This document shows, piece by piece, positions 51,077 to 60,462 of a stretch of 64,000 nucleotides of DNA (position 1 is its first letter; the number at the start of each line of letters is the position of its first letter). Both the position numbers and the translations under genes were made by a program. The DNA comes from Spirochaetia bacterium (lineage in GTDB: Bacteria; Spirochaetota; Spirochaetia; CADAEX01). The stretch covers positions 448,001-512,000 of the forward strand of contig OY759746.1 in assembly GCA_963662795.1 (NCBI GenBank). Reading direction: 5' to 3'. The notes beneath the pieces are model-generated. The model searched no databases, had not been told where the DNA came from, and worked only from the letters and a program-made list of their open reading frames with translations.

Positions 51077-51424
51077 ATGACAGTAAAAATAAAAAATCTG
51101 GTTCCGGGGGAATCAGCGGTAATTGCGGGATATGAATCAGGAAGCAACTACTACAGGCAGAAACTTTTATCAATGGGGCTTATCAAGGGGACAGTAGTAA
51201 GGCTTATAAAAACCGCCCCGTTGGGAGACCCTGTCCAGATGGAACTCAGGGGATTCAAGCTTTCCTTAAGAAAAAAGGAGGCTGATGTACTTATACTTGA
51301 AAAGGATGAAACAGATGAGCTGCCATGTACCGGATTCTTCAACAGGCTGAGACACAGGGCGGGATTTGCCTGCGGGTGCGGGGCCAGACACGGACACGGA
51401 CGCAGACATAGTCACAGCAGATAA
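51077..51424 (+). CDS. feoA: Ferrous iron transport protein A with Cys/His-rich tail
   Basis: KLLSMGL, APLGDP, LSLRKKEA. Confidence 0.92.
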   Translation: MTVKIKNLVPGESAVIAGYESGSNYYRQKLLSMGLIKGTVVRLIKTAPLGDPVQMELRGFKLSLRKKEADVLILEKDETDELPCTGFFNRLRHRAGFACGCGARHGHGRRHSHSR

Positions 51425-51439
51425 TATATGAGGTAATAT

Positions 51440-53761
51440 TTGTCAAAAAAACAGAAAATTATAGCAATTGCAGGGAATCCCAACTGCGGTAAATCTGCTC
51501 TTTTTAACGCACTGACAGGAAGCAATCAGTATATAGGGAACTGGCCCGGGGTTACGGTTGAAAAAAAAGAAGGCGAGTTTAAAGTAAGCGGAGTAACATA
51601 CAAGGTTGTTGACCTGCCGGGTATATACTCTTTTTCAGCTTATTCTGATGATGAAAGAGCGGCAAGGGACTATATACTGAGCGGCGAACCCGACCTTATT
51701 GTAAATGTTGTTGATTCAACAAATATTGAAAGAAACCTCTATCTAACGACACAGCTCCTTGAAATGAAGGCGCCGGTTCTTATCCTCCTTAACATGATAG
51801 ATCTGGCTGAGAGAAACGGAATAACCATAGACAGCGGGTTTATGGCATCAACACTCGACTCTAAAGTCCTGCCTGTGTCTGTTCTGAATAAAAGCGATAT
51901 TGAGACAGTAAAACAGGCTATCGCGGATCAGCTTTCTTCCGGTGAGATAAAAAAACCGGATGTAAAGATCGTATACCCCAATGAAATTGAGGATATCCTT
52001 ACAGCATGGGAAGGGCCTCTTTCAAAACTCGGGGATAAAGTAAATACAGATTCAAGATGGCTTTCCCTGAAAATTCTCGAAGGAGACGAGTGGGTTATAG
52101 ACAGGGCAGTATCGGAAGGTCTTCTTACCGCAGAGAATATCAGCACATCAATCTTCGGAATAACAAATATACTTAAAGATACCCCGGATATTCTTATAGC
52201 TGAATACAGATACGCGCACATAACCGGTCTTGTAAAAAAGACAGTGCACAAAAAAATTGACAGAAAATCTGTTACAGACAAGATCGACAACTTTGTAATG
52301 AACAAGGTGCTTGGAATTCCTTTCTTTTTTCTTGTCATGTACGCAGTTTTCTGGGTTTCTGTAAGCTTCGGCTCTGTTTTTATCGATTTCTTCGATATTT
52401 TATTCGGAGCAGTTTTTGTAGAAGGGCTGGGAATACTGCTTAAGTCTCTGGGCGCAGGGGAATGGATTGTAACCCTTGTCGCAGGCGGGATCGGAGCAGG
52501 CGTACAGACTGTCGCAACTTTTATACCTGTCATATTTTTCATGTTTCTTATGCTTTCCCTGCTTGAGGATTCAGGTTACATGTCGAGGGCAGCATTTGTA
52601 ATGGACAGATTCATGAAGGTGCTGGGCCTTCCCGGAAAAGCTTTCGTACCCATGATTGTCGGGTTCGGATGCACAGTGCCGGCAATACTTGCGACAAGAA
52701 CACTTGAATCGAAAAAAGACAGATACCTTACAATTTACATGACTCCTCTTATGTCCTGCGGCGCAAGACTGCCTGTATATGCCCTTTTCGGAGCAGCATT
52801 TTTCGGACAGATGGCAGGCCGCATTGTTTTCTCCCTCTACATGGTCGGAGTCCTACTTGCGGTCCTTACCGGATTTCTCCTTAAAAAAACACTGTTCAAG
52901 GGAGAATATTCCCAGTTTATAATGGAACTCCCTCCATACCATACTCCAAGAATGAAGCATATAATGATGCACACATGGAACAGACTGAAAATATTCATAA
53001 TCAGGGCAGGCAAGGTAATTGTATTCCTTGTGGTTCTGCTGAGCCTTCTAAACTCGATAAGTACGGACTTTAAAATCGGGGAAACAGATCCGCAGAAATC
53101 ACTTCTTGCCAAAATAGGGATATCAATAACCCCTCTTTTCATGCCTATGGGAATAGAGAGGGATAACTGGCCCGCGGTTGCAGGACTTTTCAGCGGCCTG
53201 TTTGCCAAGGAATCGGTCGTGGGAACAATGAACTCGCTATACAGCCAGATTTACATGGCAGAGAATTCAGGCTTTTCCGGCGGCACAGACATCTCAGGAG
53301 CAGAGGATAAAATCCCTGATAAGGATAATTCTTTCAGCTTTTCCGGGGAACTGAAAGCAGCCTTTTTATCCATAGCCGTGAATCTGAAAGAGATTTTTCC
53401 ACAGGGCGGCAGATCGGAAAATAAAGGAATTGCCGCTGCTGAAGAAAATCCTGAGCCTGAATATGGCAACAGCATCCTTAACCACATCAGGGACAGGTTT
53501 ACAAAAGCAAGCGCTTATTCTTTTCTTCTGTTTGTTCTGATTTATTTCCCGTGCGTCGCGGCCCTTGCTGCCGCAATAAGGGAAATGGATGCTTTTTTCG
53601 GGACTCTTCTGCCGGTTTATCTTACTGTCATGGCCTGGGTAATATCAACACTTTTCTATCAGACAGTGGAAGGTCACAACCCTGTATGGATAGCAGTGCC
53701 TCTGGTAATCATTACACTCCTCTTCGGAGGACTTAAAATCATCGGCTCTTCACGGAGTTAA
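51440..53761 (+). CDS. feoB: Ferrous iron transporter B
   Basis: GNPNCGKS, GNWPGVTVE, DLPGIYS, LEDSGYM, SCGARLP, YFPC. Confidence 0.97.
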   Translation: MSKKQKIIAIAGNPNCGKSALFNALTGSNQYIGNWPGVTVEKKEGEFKVSGVTYKVVDLPGIYSFSAYSDDERAARDYILSGEPDLIVNVVDSTNIERNLYLTTQLLEMKAPVLILLNMIDLAERNGITIDSGFMASTLDSKVLPVSVLNKSDIETVKQAIADQLSSGEIKKPDVKIVYPNEIEDILTAWEGPLSKLGDKVNTDSRWLSLKILEGDEWVIDRAVSEGLLTAENISTSIFGITNILKDTPDILIAEYRYAHITGLVKKTVHKKIDRKSVTDKIDNFVMNKVLGIPFFFLVMYAVFWVSVSFGSVFIDFFDILFGAVFVEGLGILLKSLGAGEWIVTLVAGGIGAGVQTVATFIPVIFFMFLMLSLLEDSGYMSRAAFVMDRFMKVLGLPGKAFVPMIVGFGCTVPAILATRTLESKKDRYLTIYMTPLMSCGARLPVYALFGAAFFGQMAGRIVFSLYMVGVLLAVLTGFLLKKTLFKGEYSQFIMELPPYHTPRMKHIMMHTWNRLKIFIIRAGKVIVFLVVLLSLLNSISTDFKIGETDPQKSLLAKIGISITPLFMPMGIERDNWPAVAGLFSGLFAKESVVGTMNSLYSQIYMAENSGFSGGTDISGAEDKIPDKDNSFSFSGELKAAFLSIAVNLKEIFPQGGRSENKGIAAAEENPEPEYGNSILNHIRDRFTKASAYSFLLFVLIYFPCVAALAAAIREMDAFFGTLLPVYLTVMAWVISTLFYQTVEGHNPVWIAVPLVIITLLFGGLKIIGSSRS

Positions 53762-53784
53762 CCGGGCGGTTTTACAGGTATTTT

Positions 53785-54516
53785 TCAGGCTTGAAGGGCA
53801 GTCCATTTTTTATCTTCCCAGTTATAAATCTCGTAGGGACTGAATCTTGTCTTGTAGTCCATGGAGCTGTTCCCCTTAACATAGTAACCGGGATAGTAAT
53901 ATTTTTTGCCGAGTGTCCTTGCAGTATCAATTTCTATCATACAGCTTAAAATTCCAGGCGTAAGATATGAAAAATCAGGGTCAAAGGCAAAATAAACTGA
54001 ACTAAGGCCGTCCGAAGCGCTGTCGAGATATCCTGTCCCGAAAAGGGCCCCTCCTGACCTGTACTCCATTATAAATGAAGGGGCGGCGCTTGTGCAGAAA
54101 TCCTGAATATATCTTTCCCTGCTGGTTTTCTGACCGAACCTTACTGATGAGTGTTTTTTATATATAAGGTATCTTTCTTCACTGAATGTGTTTGATGTTA
54201 TCTGAATATCAGTGTTACTGTTTTTTCTTAAAATCCTTCTCTGGCTCTTTGTAGGGGTGTATTTATCCGCCATTACCCTAACAGGCAGGCATTTGCCGCA
54301 GCCCGGGCATACGGGACGGAAAAAATAAAACCCGAACTTTCTCCATCCGGAAGCGACAAGAGACGCGAACTCCTCCTCCCCCATACTCCAGGCAAGAAAA
54401 AATTCCTGTGTAAATAATCTGCCGGGCAGATAGGGGCATTTTACGGGTTTTGCCTTTTTTTTCTCCCTGATAACAATCATACTCCAACCATAATCAATTT
54501 TTTTAAGCAATGCCAA
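53785..54516 (-). CDS. Arginyl-tRNA-protein transferase family (bacterial Bpt); start may be 54480
   Basis: CPYLP, GWRKFG, CPGCGKC, KSQRR, SSVYFAFDP, MDYK. Confidence 0.88.
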   Translation of the reverse strand: MALLKKIDYGWSMIVIREKKKAKPVKCPYLPGRLFTQEFFLAWSMGEEEFASLVASGWRKFGFYFFRPVCPGCGKCLPVRVMADKYTPTKSQRRILRKNSNTDIQITSNTFSEERYLIYKKHSSVRFGQKTSRERYIQDFCTSAAPSFIMEYRSGGALFGTGYLDSASDGLSSVYFAFDPDFSYLTPGILSCMIEIDTARTLGKKYYYPGYYVKGNSSMDYKTRFSPYEIYNWEDKKWTALQA

Positions 54517-54525
54517 TAAAAATAA

Positions 54526-54714
54526 TTGATATTTTACTCATTATCCAATATTATCATTGATTAATTATGTACAGTATTGTGAACACCGTTTTGGACAGCT
54601 TAAGAGTTACAAAAAAAAATCTTCCGGGACACACCCTTGATAGAAATTCATGCAGTAATACTGTTCTGATTAATAAATTGTTTTATAAACCGCCTGTTAT
54701 GGCGGTTTTTTTTT
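54526..54714 (+). promoter_or_regulatory. Promoter and structured leader ending in an intrinsic terminator
   Basis: TTGATA-N17-TATTAT (54526-54554); stem ACAGTATT/AATACTGT; AAACCGCC-loop-GGCGG plus T9 immediately before the RBS. Confidence 0.7.
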
Positions 54715-54725
54715 GAGGAGGTAAA

Positions 54726-55973
54726 ATGATAAAAAGATTTTTCAGCAATTGTGATACCAAAACAGTGGTTCTGGGATTACAGCACACTTTTGTAATGTTC
54801 GGGGCAACAGTACTTGTTCCGATAATTACAGGGCTTGATGTCGGGGTTGCCCTGTTTGCGGCAGGAGCAGGTACCCTTATTTTTCATTTCGTCACAGGAT
54901 TTAAGGTCCCGATTTTCCTGGGCAGTTCATTTGCGTTTATTCCCCCCATTTTGGCAATAGTGCAGAGCGGCGGTTCTATTGCAACAGCACTCGGCGGTGT
55001 TTTCTGCGCAGGTCTGTTATATATTCTGGTTGCAGTAATCCTTAAATTCATTGACCCGGATTTTATCGAAAAAATTCTGCCGGCCCATGTTACCGGCCCG
55101 ATGATAGTACTGATAGGGCTTATGCTTTCGAGTGTAGCTATCCAGCAGGCAAGCGGAGCATACGGACTTGCAGAAATCAAGGGAACAATGAGCTGCTGGG
55201 CACTTGCGCTTTTTACCCTCTCTACAGGCATTTTCATAAAAATATATTTCGGAAGACATGGAAAAAGCTTTCTTTCAGCGCTTCCCGTACTTATTTCTCT
55301 TATCGCAGGCTATTTTGCCGCGGCAGTAACAGGTTTTGTTGACTTCACTTCAGTGCAGGAAGCGGCCTGGTTTGGAGTACCCCAGTTCACATTCCCGAAA
55401 TTCAACGCTTCTGCCATCAGCATAGCGGTTCCGGTCGCAATTGTGACTATTGTGGAACATTTCGGCGATATTCTTGCAATCGGAAATGTAACAGGAAAGG
55501 ATTATATAAAAGACCCTGGTATCAGCAGAACACTGCTTGGAGACGGTATAGCGACTTCACTTTCTGCTTTAATCGGCGGCCCCGCAAACACAACCTATTC
55601 GGAAAATACAGGCGCTGTTGCCCTTACCGGCAACTTCAACCCGACAATTATGAGAATAGCAGCCCTGTTTGCGATAACTCTTTCCTTTATTCCAAAATTT
55701 ACGGCAGTAATTCAGAGTATCCCCTCCCCCGTAATCGGAGGCATTTCAATACTGCTCTTTGGAATGATCGCATCGATCGGTATAAAAAACATGGTTGACG
55801 CAAGGGTTGACCTTACAGACCCTGCGCTTCTGATAATAACATCAACAATGTTTGTTCTGGGTCTCGGCGGCGCGGAATGGGTTTTCGGCCCGTTAAGATT
55901 CAGCGGACTTGGACTTTCAGCAATTGTAGGTATTCTGCTTAACATAATTATCAACAGGAAATCACTCAAATAA
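54726..55973 (+). CDS. uraA: Uracil/xanthine permease (NCS2, UraA/PyrP-like)
   Basis: LGLQH, FLGSSFAF, EHFGD, NTTYSENTG. Confidence 0.9.
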   Translation: MIKRFFSNCDTKTVVLGLQHTFVMFGATVLVPIITGLDVGVALFAAGAGTLIFHFVTGFKVPIFLGSSFAFIPPILAIVQSGGSIATALGGVFCAGLLYILVAVILKFIDPDFIEKILPAHVTGPMIVLIGLMLSSVAIQQASGAYGLAEIKGTMSCWALALFTLSTGIFIKIYFGRHGKSFLSALPVLISLIAGYFAAAVTGFVDFTSVQEAAWFGVPQFTFPKFNASAISIAVPVAIVTIVEHFGDILAIGNVTGKDYIKDPGISRTLLGDGIATSLSALIGGPANTTYSENTGAVALTGNFNPTIMRIAALFAITLSFIPKFTAVIQSIPSPVIGGISILLFGMIASIGIKNMVDARVDLTDPALLIITSTMFVLGLGGAEWVFGPLRFSGLGLSAIVGILLNIIINRKSLK

Positions 55974-56000
55974 TTTTCAAAAGCAGTAACCACTGCAAAT

Positions 56001-56044
56001 AAAAACCGGCGGCCTGTATAACTGACAAGCTCCGCCGGTTTTTT
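56001..56044. terminator. Bidirectional terminator between convergent genes
   Basis: AAAAACCGGCGG...CCGCCGGTTTTT. Confidence 0.75.
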
Positions 56045-56075
56045 ATTCCCTAAATATTTTACCGTTTAAGGTGTT

Positions 56076-57002
56076 TTACTTTTTCTCAGCAAATCCCGCG
56101 CCTGAGAGCTTGTCAAGCGCAAGCACAAGAGAGTGGGTACCTGAAGTTCCATGTCCCATGGCTTTTAACACTGTATAGAGCTGATGCACAAGCGTAAGGC
56201 CCGGAAGGTTGAGATTCATCCTCTTTGCCTCTTCAAGCGCAATTCCCATATCCTTGATATAGTGTTCAACCATAAAACCGGGATCATAGTTGCCCTTTAA
56301 TATCCTGGGCCCGTAGTTTTCAAGAGACCAGCTTGCAGCGGCCCCACCCTTGATTGTGTTTACCATATCTTCGAGGTTAAGCCCTGCCTTATAGCCGTAA
56401 ATAAGCGCCTCGCTCATTCCTATCATGATTCCTGTAATGGCTATCTGGTTGCACATTTTTGTATGCTGTCCTGTGCCGGCTTTTCCCGTATATCTTATAT
56501 TTTTCCCCATGAAATTGAAAAGCGGCAGCATCTTATCAAATACTTCCTTATCTCCGCCTGACATTACTGTAAGACGGGCTTCTTTGGCTCCGACATCGCC
56601 GCCTGAAACCGGCGCATCGAGCGCGTGGCACCCTGTTTCTTTTGCTTTTTCATATATTTCGACAGCAAGTGAAGGTTCTGTTGTAGTCATATCAACAAGA
56701 TATTTCCCCCCTTTCTCAGAGCAGCTTTTGATTATCCCGCTGTCGCCGAAATAAACTTCCCTGACATCTTTGGGATAACCTACAATTGTAAAAACAATAT
56801 CAGCGTCTTTTGCTGCCTCGTAAGGGGTACCGGCCCACATGGCGCCCATTTCAAGAAGTCCTTTTGCTTTTTCCTTTGTCCTGTTATAAACAGTCACGCT
56901 GTAGCCGGCTTCCATAAGGTGCCTGCACATCCAGAATCCCATAACGCCTGTGCCGATCCAGCCGATCCTCATATTTTTATCCTGATTAGTCTGATTATCC
57001 AT
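56076..57002 (-). CDS. 3-hydroxyisobutyrate dehydrogenase / tartronate semialdehyde reductase family
   Basis: GTGVMG, DAPVSGGDVGA, KMCNQ, KDM. Confidence 0.92.
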   Translation of the reverse strand: MDNQTNQDKNMRIGWIGTGVMGFWMCRHLMEAGYSVTVYNRTKEKAKGLLEMGAMWAGTPYEAAKDADIVFTIVGYPKDVREVYFGDSGIIKSCSEKGGKYLVDMTTTEPSLAVEIYEKAKETGCHALDAPVSGGDVGAKEARLTVMSGGDKEVFDKMLPLFNFMGKNIRYTGKAGTGQHTKMCNQIAITGIMIGMSEALIYGYKAGLNLEDMVNTIKGGAAASWSLENYGPRILKGNYDPGFMVEHYIKDMGIALEEAKRMNLNLPGLTLVHQLYTVLKAMGHGTSGTHSLVLALDKLSGAGFAEKK

Positions 57003-57087
57003 AGTTATTCCTCCATGATTTTTACGGGATTCGTACTTTATATTTGTATTGTAACACCTTTGCATATTTTAGGCAAAACATGAATTC

Positions 57088-57891
57088 ATGTTTTCAGTCT
57101 GCGTTTATTTGATTATATTATTTATGGCTACTCTGCCGCCAAAGATAAAAAACCTTCCGGATGGTAAAATGATAAAAGTAAATAAAAGTCTTGCAACAAA
57201 TATTACAGCTCTCCTTATTACGGCAGGCGGCTGGTTTTCGCCCCTGTACAGAGACCAGCTGCTGTCTACCGGAGCGTTTGCCCTTTCAGGGGCCATTACC
57301 AACTGGCTTGCGGTATATATGCTTTTCGACAGGATACCATTTGTTTACGGCTCAGGCGTTGTGCCGCTGCATTTTGAGGATTTCAAGAAAGGAATAAAAA
57401 ATCTTGTATCAGAGCAGTTCTTTTCTGAAAAAAACATAGCACTCTTTGCTCTGTCAGCATCCGGCATGTTTAAAAATGTATTAAGCAGTGAAAATATCAG
57501 ACAGCTTATAGATTATGATCTTCTGTTTGACCGGCTTAAAGAAATAATACTTGCGACTTCTTTCGGCGGAATGCTTGGTGTTTTCGGCGGAAAAGGGATC
57601 CTGGAAGGATTCAGGGTAAGGTTCAGGGAAAAGATGGAACTTGCCGTAATAGAAATGGCGGAAAGCGCGAAACTTGAAAAAATAATAGAAAAGGAAATTA
57701 CAGGTGAAAAATCGAGAGCGCTTATCAGGGCAAAGCTTGATGATATGATTGACGCAAGGCTTGAAGAATTAACCCCGCAGATGGTGAAGGAAATAATTCA
57801 GGAAATGATAAAAAAACACCTCGGCTGGCTTGTTGTCTGGGGAGGTGTTTTCGGCGGACTGATCGGACTTGCGGTAAGTTTTTCGCAGTAA
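57088..57891 (+). CDS. DUF445-family membrane protein (start uncertain, likely downstream)
   Basis: GAITNWLAVYMLF, GSGVVP, HLGWLVVWGGVFGG. Confidence 0.85.
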   Translation: MFSVCVYLIILFMATLPPKIKNLPDGKMIKVNKSLATNITALLITAGGWFSPLYRDQLLSTGAFALSGAITNWLAVYMLFDRIPFVYGSGVVPLHFEDFKKGIKNLVSEQFFSEKNIALFALSASGMFKNVLSSENIRQLIDYDLLFDRLKEIILATSFGGMLGVFGGKGILEGFRVRFREKMELAVIEMAESAKLEKIIEKEITGEKSRALIRAKLDDMIDARLEELTPQMVKEIIQEMIKKHLGWLVVWGGVFGGLIGLAVSFSQ

Positions 57892-57967
57892 TTTTCCCGC
57901 GGCAAGGTCCGGCTGATAACTGAACAGCTATCAGTCAGACAGGACCGGCAGCAGAGCGGGCAGAAAA

Positions 57968-58444
57968 CTATTTTTTACTGATTTTTCCTGTTATATGTTC
58001 AATACTTATACAGAACACTGCAGTCCTTTCAAAAAGCTTATCTATATAAGCCGGGCCGCCATCTTTAAATCCGGGCGAAAATTTTTCAATAAGGGCAGTA
58101 AGAGCTGCCCTTTTTTCAGCATCATTTTCCACAAAAGAGATCTTTCCAAAAGCTGTAATACTTCTGAAATTTGTGGAATATTTAGCAGGAACTATTTCTG
58201 ACGACTGGACTATCGAAATACACACCCTGTTCTCTTTCCTGAAAGCATCAACCTTCTGCCCTTCCATCGCAGAATGAAAATAAACCTTTCCGTCCAGTAA
58301 AACATGGTTAAGCGGGACGCTATAGGGATACCCGTTTTCAAGAACAGTTGAAAGATTCATCCATTCTGTTTTTTCCAGAATATCAATAGCCTCTTCTTCG
58401 CTCATAAGCTTTTCCCTGCGTCTCATCTCCCTGAATTCAGGCAT
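57968..58444 (-). CDS. Pyridoxamine 5'-phosphate oxidase / NimA-like flavin-binding protein
   Basis: MRRREK, PYSVPL, YFHSA.EGQK, ITGK. Confidence 0.88.
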   Translation of the reverse strand: MPEFREMRRREKLMSEEEAIDILEKTEWMNLSTVLENGYPYSVPLNHVLLDGKVYFHSAMEGQKVDAFRKENRVCISIVQSSEIVPAKYSTNFRSITAFGKISFVENDAEKRAALTALIEKFSPGFKDGGPAYIDKLFERTAVFCISIEHITGKISKK

Positions 58445-59720
58445 TGATGTTCTCCTCAATGTTTTCAAGGCTGCATTTGTCGCCTGGAATAACTGCAAGT
58501 ATGGAAAGAATTCCCATTATAAAAGAAATTATAACAATTGCGGTACCAATCCCCGCCTTATCAGCGATAAACCCTAGAACTATGGCAATAAGCGACGCGG
58601 CAAATGCTGAAAACTGCGAATCGATTGATAGGACAGTTGCAACGATCCCGGGATCAACCATTGAGCTTAAGTATGAAACCCCGATGGGCCTTCTTATATT
58701 TTCAATTACAAATATTAATAAAAAACCTATAATTGCGACTATTGGAATATCTGCTTTCAAAAATACACCGATAACAGCGCCTACTATAAAAACAAGGAAC
58801 AGGGACAGGTTAAGAGGCATGCAGAGGTGTTTGAACCAACCCGCGATATTGCCGGAATTTTTGGATGCGACTGATGTCAGAAGGTAAATTACCGTGTAAA
58901 ACAGGCCTATCATTATGGAAACCCTTTTCTGGTCTTCAAGATACATGAAAAGGGGAATTGAAAGGGCAAACATTGTAATCGCAGGCTGAAGGTAGTCTTT
59001 AACCGCTTTATGAAAACCTTCGGGCACTGAAATGTTGACAATGGTTCTGATAAAAACCGGATTCCTGAGCGCTTTGAAGAAGCTTACAAAAACACCCCTG
59101 ATTGATTCTATTATTTCTGCAGCAGAAAGCCCCTTTATATTCCCGTCCAGCGCTTTCGGATAGCTCATCATCAGAAACAGGTCAATAAAATACGGAATGG
59201 TTGAATAAAGAAATACTATCTTGAGGGTTCCGGTATAATAGACAATCAGCGCGGCAATTACAGCTGAAACCGCTGACCCTATTTGCGAGGCAGACCTTGT
59301 ATGACCATAGTAATGGACTTTCTGGGCAGTCCATCCGTTGATTCTCAGGTATTCAAAAATCATTGCCTTATGGGTACCGGTCCTGAACGCTTCACCGAAG
59401 GAAAAACAGATCATTGCAAATATAAATACTGTAAAGGAAGTTGAGAAATTAAAAATAAAAAAAGCGATTATATAACAGGCAAAGGAGAAAACCATTGTTT
59501 TTCTCCTGCCGAAAGCATCTGCTATTATGCCGGTCGGGATTTCAAGTATATTTACACCTATTTCCCTTATGGAATAAAGGACTCCAATCTGAAGGTAGCT
59601 CAGCCCTTTTTCAATAAAGAAAAGCATCAGAAAAGGTTCGAAAAACCTCAGGTTCTTTAAAAACCCGTAGGTGCAGAATTTATAAAACTGCAGGTCCTTG
59701 CTAAATGTGTTTGCAGGCAT
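58437..59720 (-). CDS. MFS transporter
   Basis: EIPTGIIADAFGRRK motif A; about 12 TM segments. Confidence 0.9.
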   Translation of the reverse strand: MPANTFSKDLQFYKFCTYGFLKNLRFFEPFLMLFFIEKGLSYLQIGVLYSIREIGVNILEIPTGIIADAFGRRKTMVFSFACYIIAFFIFNFSTSFTVFIFAMICFSFGEAFRTGTHKAMIFEYLRINGWTAQKVHYYGHTRSASQIGSAVSAVIAALIVYYTGTLKIVFLYSTIPYFIDLFLMMSYPKALDGNIKGLSAAEIIESIRGVFVSFFKALRNPVFIRTIVNISVPEGFHKAVKDYLQPAITMFALSIPLFMYLEDQKRVSIMIGLFYTVIYLLTSVASKNSGNIAGWFKHLCMPLNLSLFLVFIVGAVIGVFLKADIPIVAIIGFLLIFVIENIRRPIGVSYLSSMVDPGIVATVLSIDSQFSAFAASLIAIVLGFIADKAGIGTAIVIISFIMGILSILAVIPGDKCSLENIEENINA

Positions 59721-59742
59721 AGATTAAAACCATCCTTTTATA

Positions 59743-60447
59743 TCAGGTAAAATCAACTATTTTCAGAAGTTCGTCAAGCGAAGATATTTCATATTCCGGG
59801 GTTATCCCTGAAGTATTTGTCTTTCCTTCCGGATTATACCAGCAGGTATCAAGTCCGTAATTTATCCCGCCGAGGATATCGCTGCTTAAGCTGTCGCCGA
59901 TTACAAGTATTTCTTCTTTTACAGGATCGCTGTTCTGCCTGAGGGCTTCATCAAAAAAATTTTTATCCGGTTTTTTAAAACCTATCTCTTCTGAAATAAC
60001 AATTTTTTTAAAGTATTTTTCTATTCCGGCAGCTTCAAGCCTGTTTCTCTGTACTTTGCCTATCCCGTTTGTTATCAGGGTAAGGACATAACGGCTGCTT
60101 AATTTTTCAAGAATGTCCGATGCTCCTTTTATCATATGGGCGGAGTTCCCAAGATAATCAAGATAGGCCATTGCAATTCGGCTGTAATCTCCCTCATTCA
60201 TACCGGTTTTTCCGCATGCGATGAAAAGTCTTTTAAATCTTTCCACTCTCAGAAAAGCAAGAGATATGCTTCCTTTCTCGAATTCTTTCCACAGCTCTGT
60301 ATTGATTCCTTTGTAATTTAAAACAGCATCATCTTCCGGGCAGCGGATTCCGGTCAGTTTGAATGTTTCGAGCAGGGAAAATTTCTCTGCCGCGCCGTAA
60401 TCAAATATAGTATCATCAGCATCGATAAAAAGGTGTTTGTATTTCAT
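59743..60447 (-). CDS. yjjG: YjjG-family HAD pyrimidine nucleotidase
   Basis: DADDT, ITNG, KPD, GDSLSSDI. Confidence 0.88.
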   Translation of the reverse strand: MKYKHLFIDADDTIFDYGAAEKFSLLETFKLTGIRCPEDDAVLNYKGINTELWKEFEKGSISLAFLRVERFKRLFIACGKTGMNEGDYSRIAMAYLDYLGNSAHMIKGASDILEKLSSRYVLTLITNGIGKVQRNRLEAAGIEKYFKKIVISEEIGFKKPDKNFFDEALRQNSDPVKEEILVIGDSLSSDILGGINYGLDTCWYNPEGKTNTSGITPEYEISSLDELLKIVDFT

Positions 60448-60462
60448 AATTCGGGCATTATA

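Noticed and set aside
51928-53487. Antisense ORFs within feoB and similar shadow ORFs across the window
   Set aside because: Opposite-strand or off-frame shadows of well-supported genes with no motifs.
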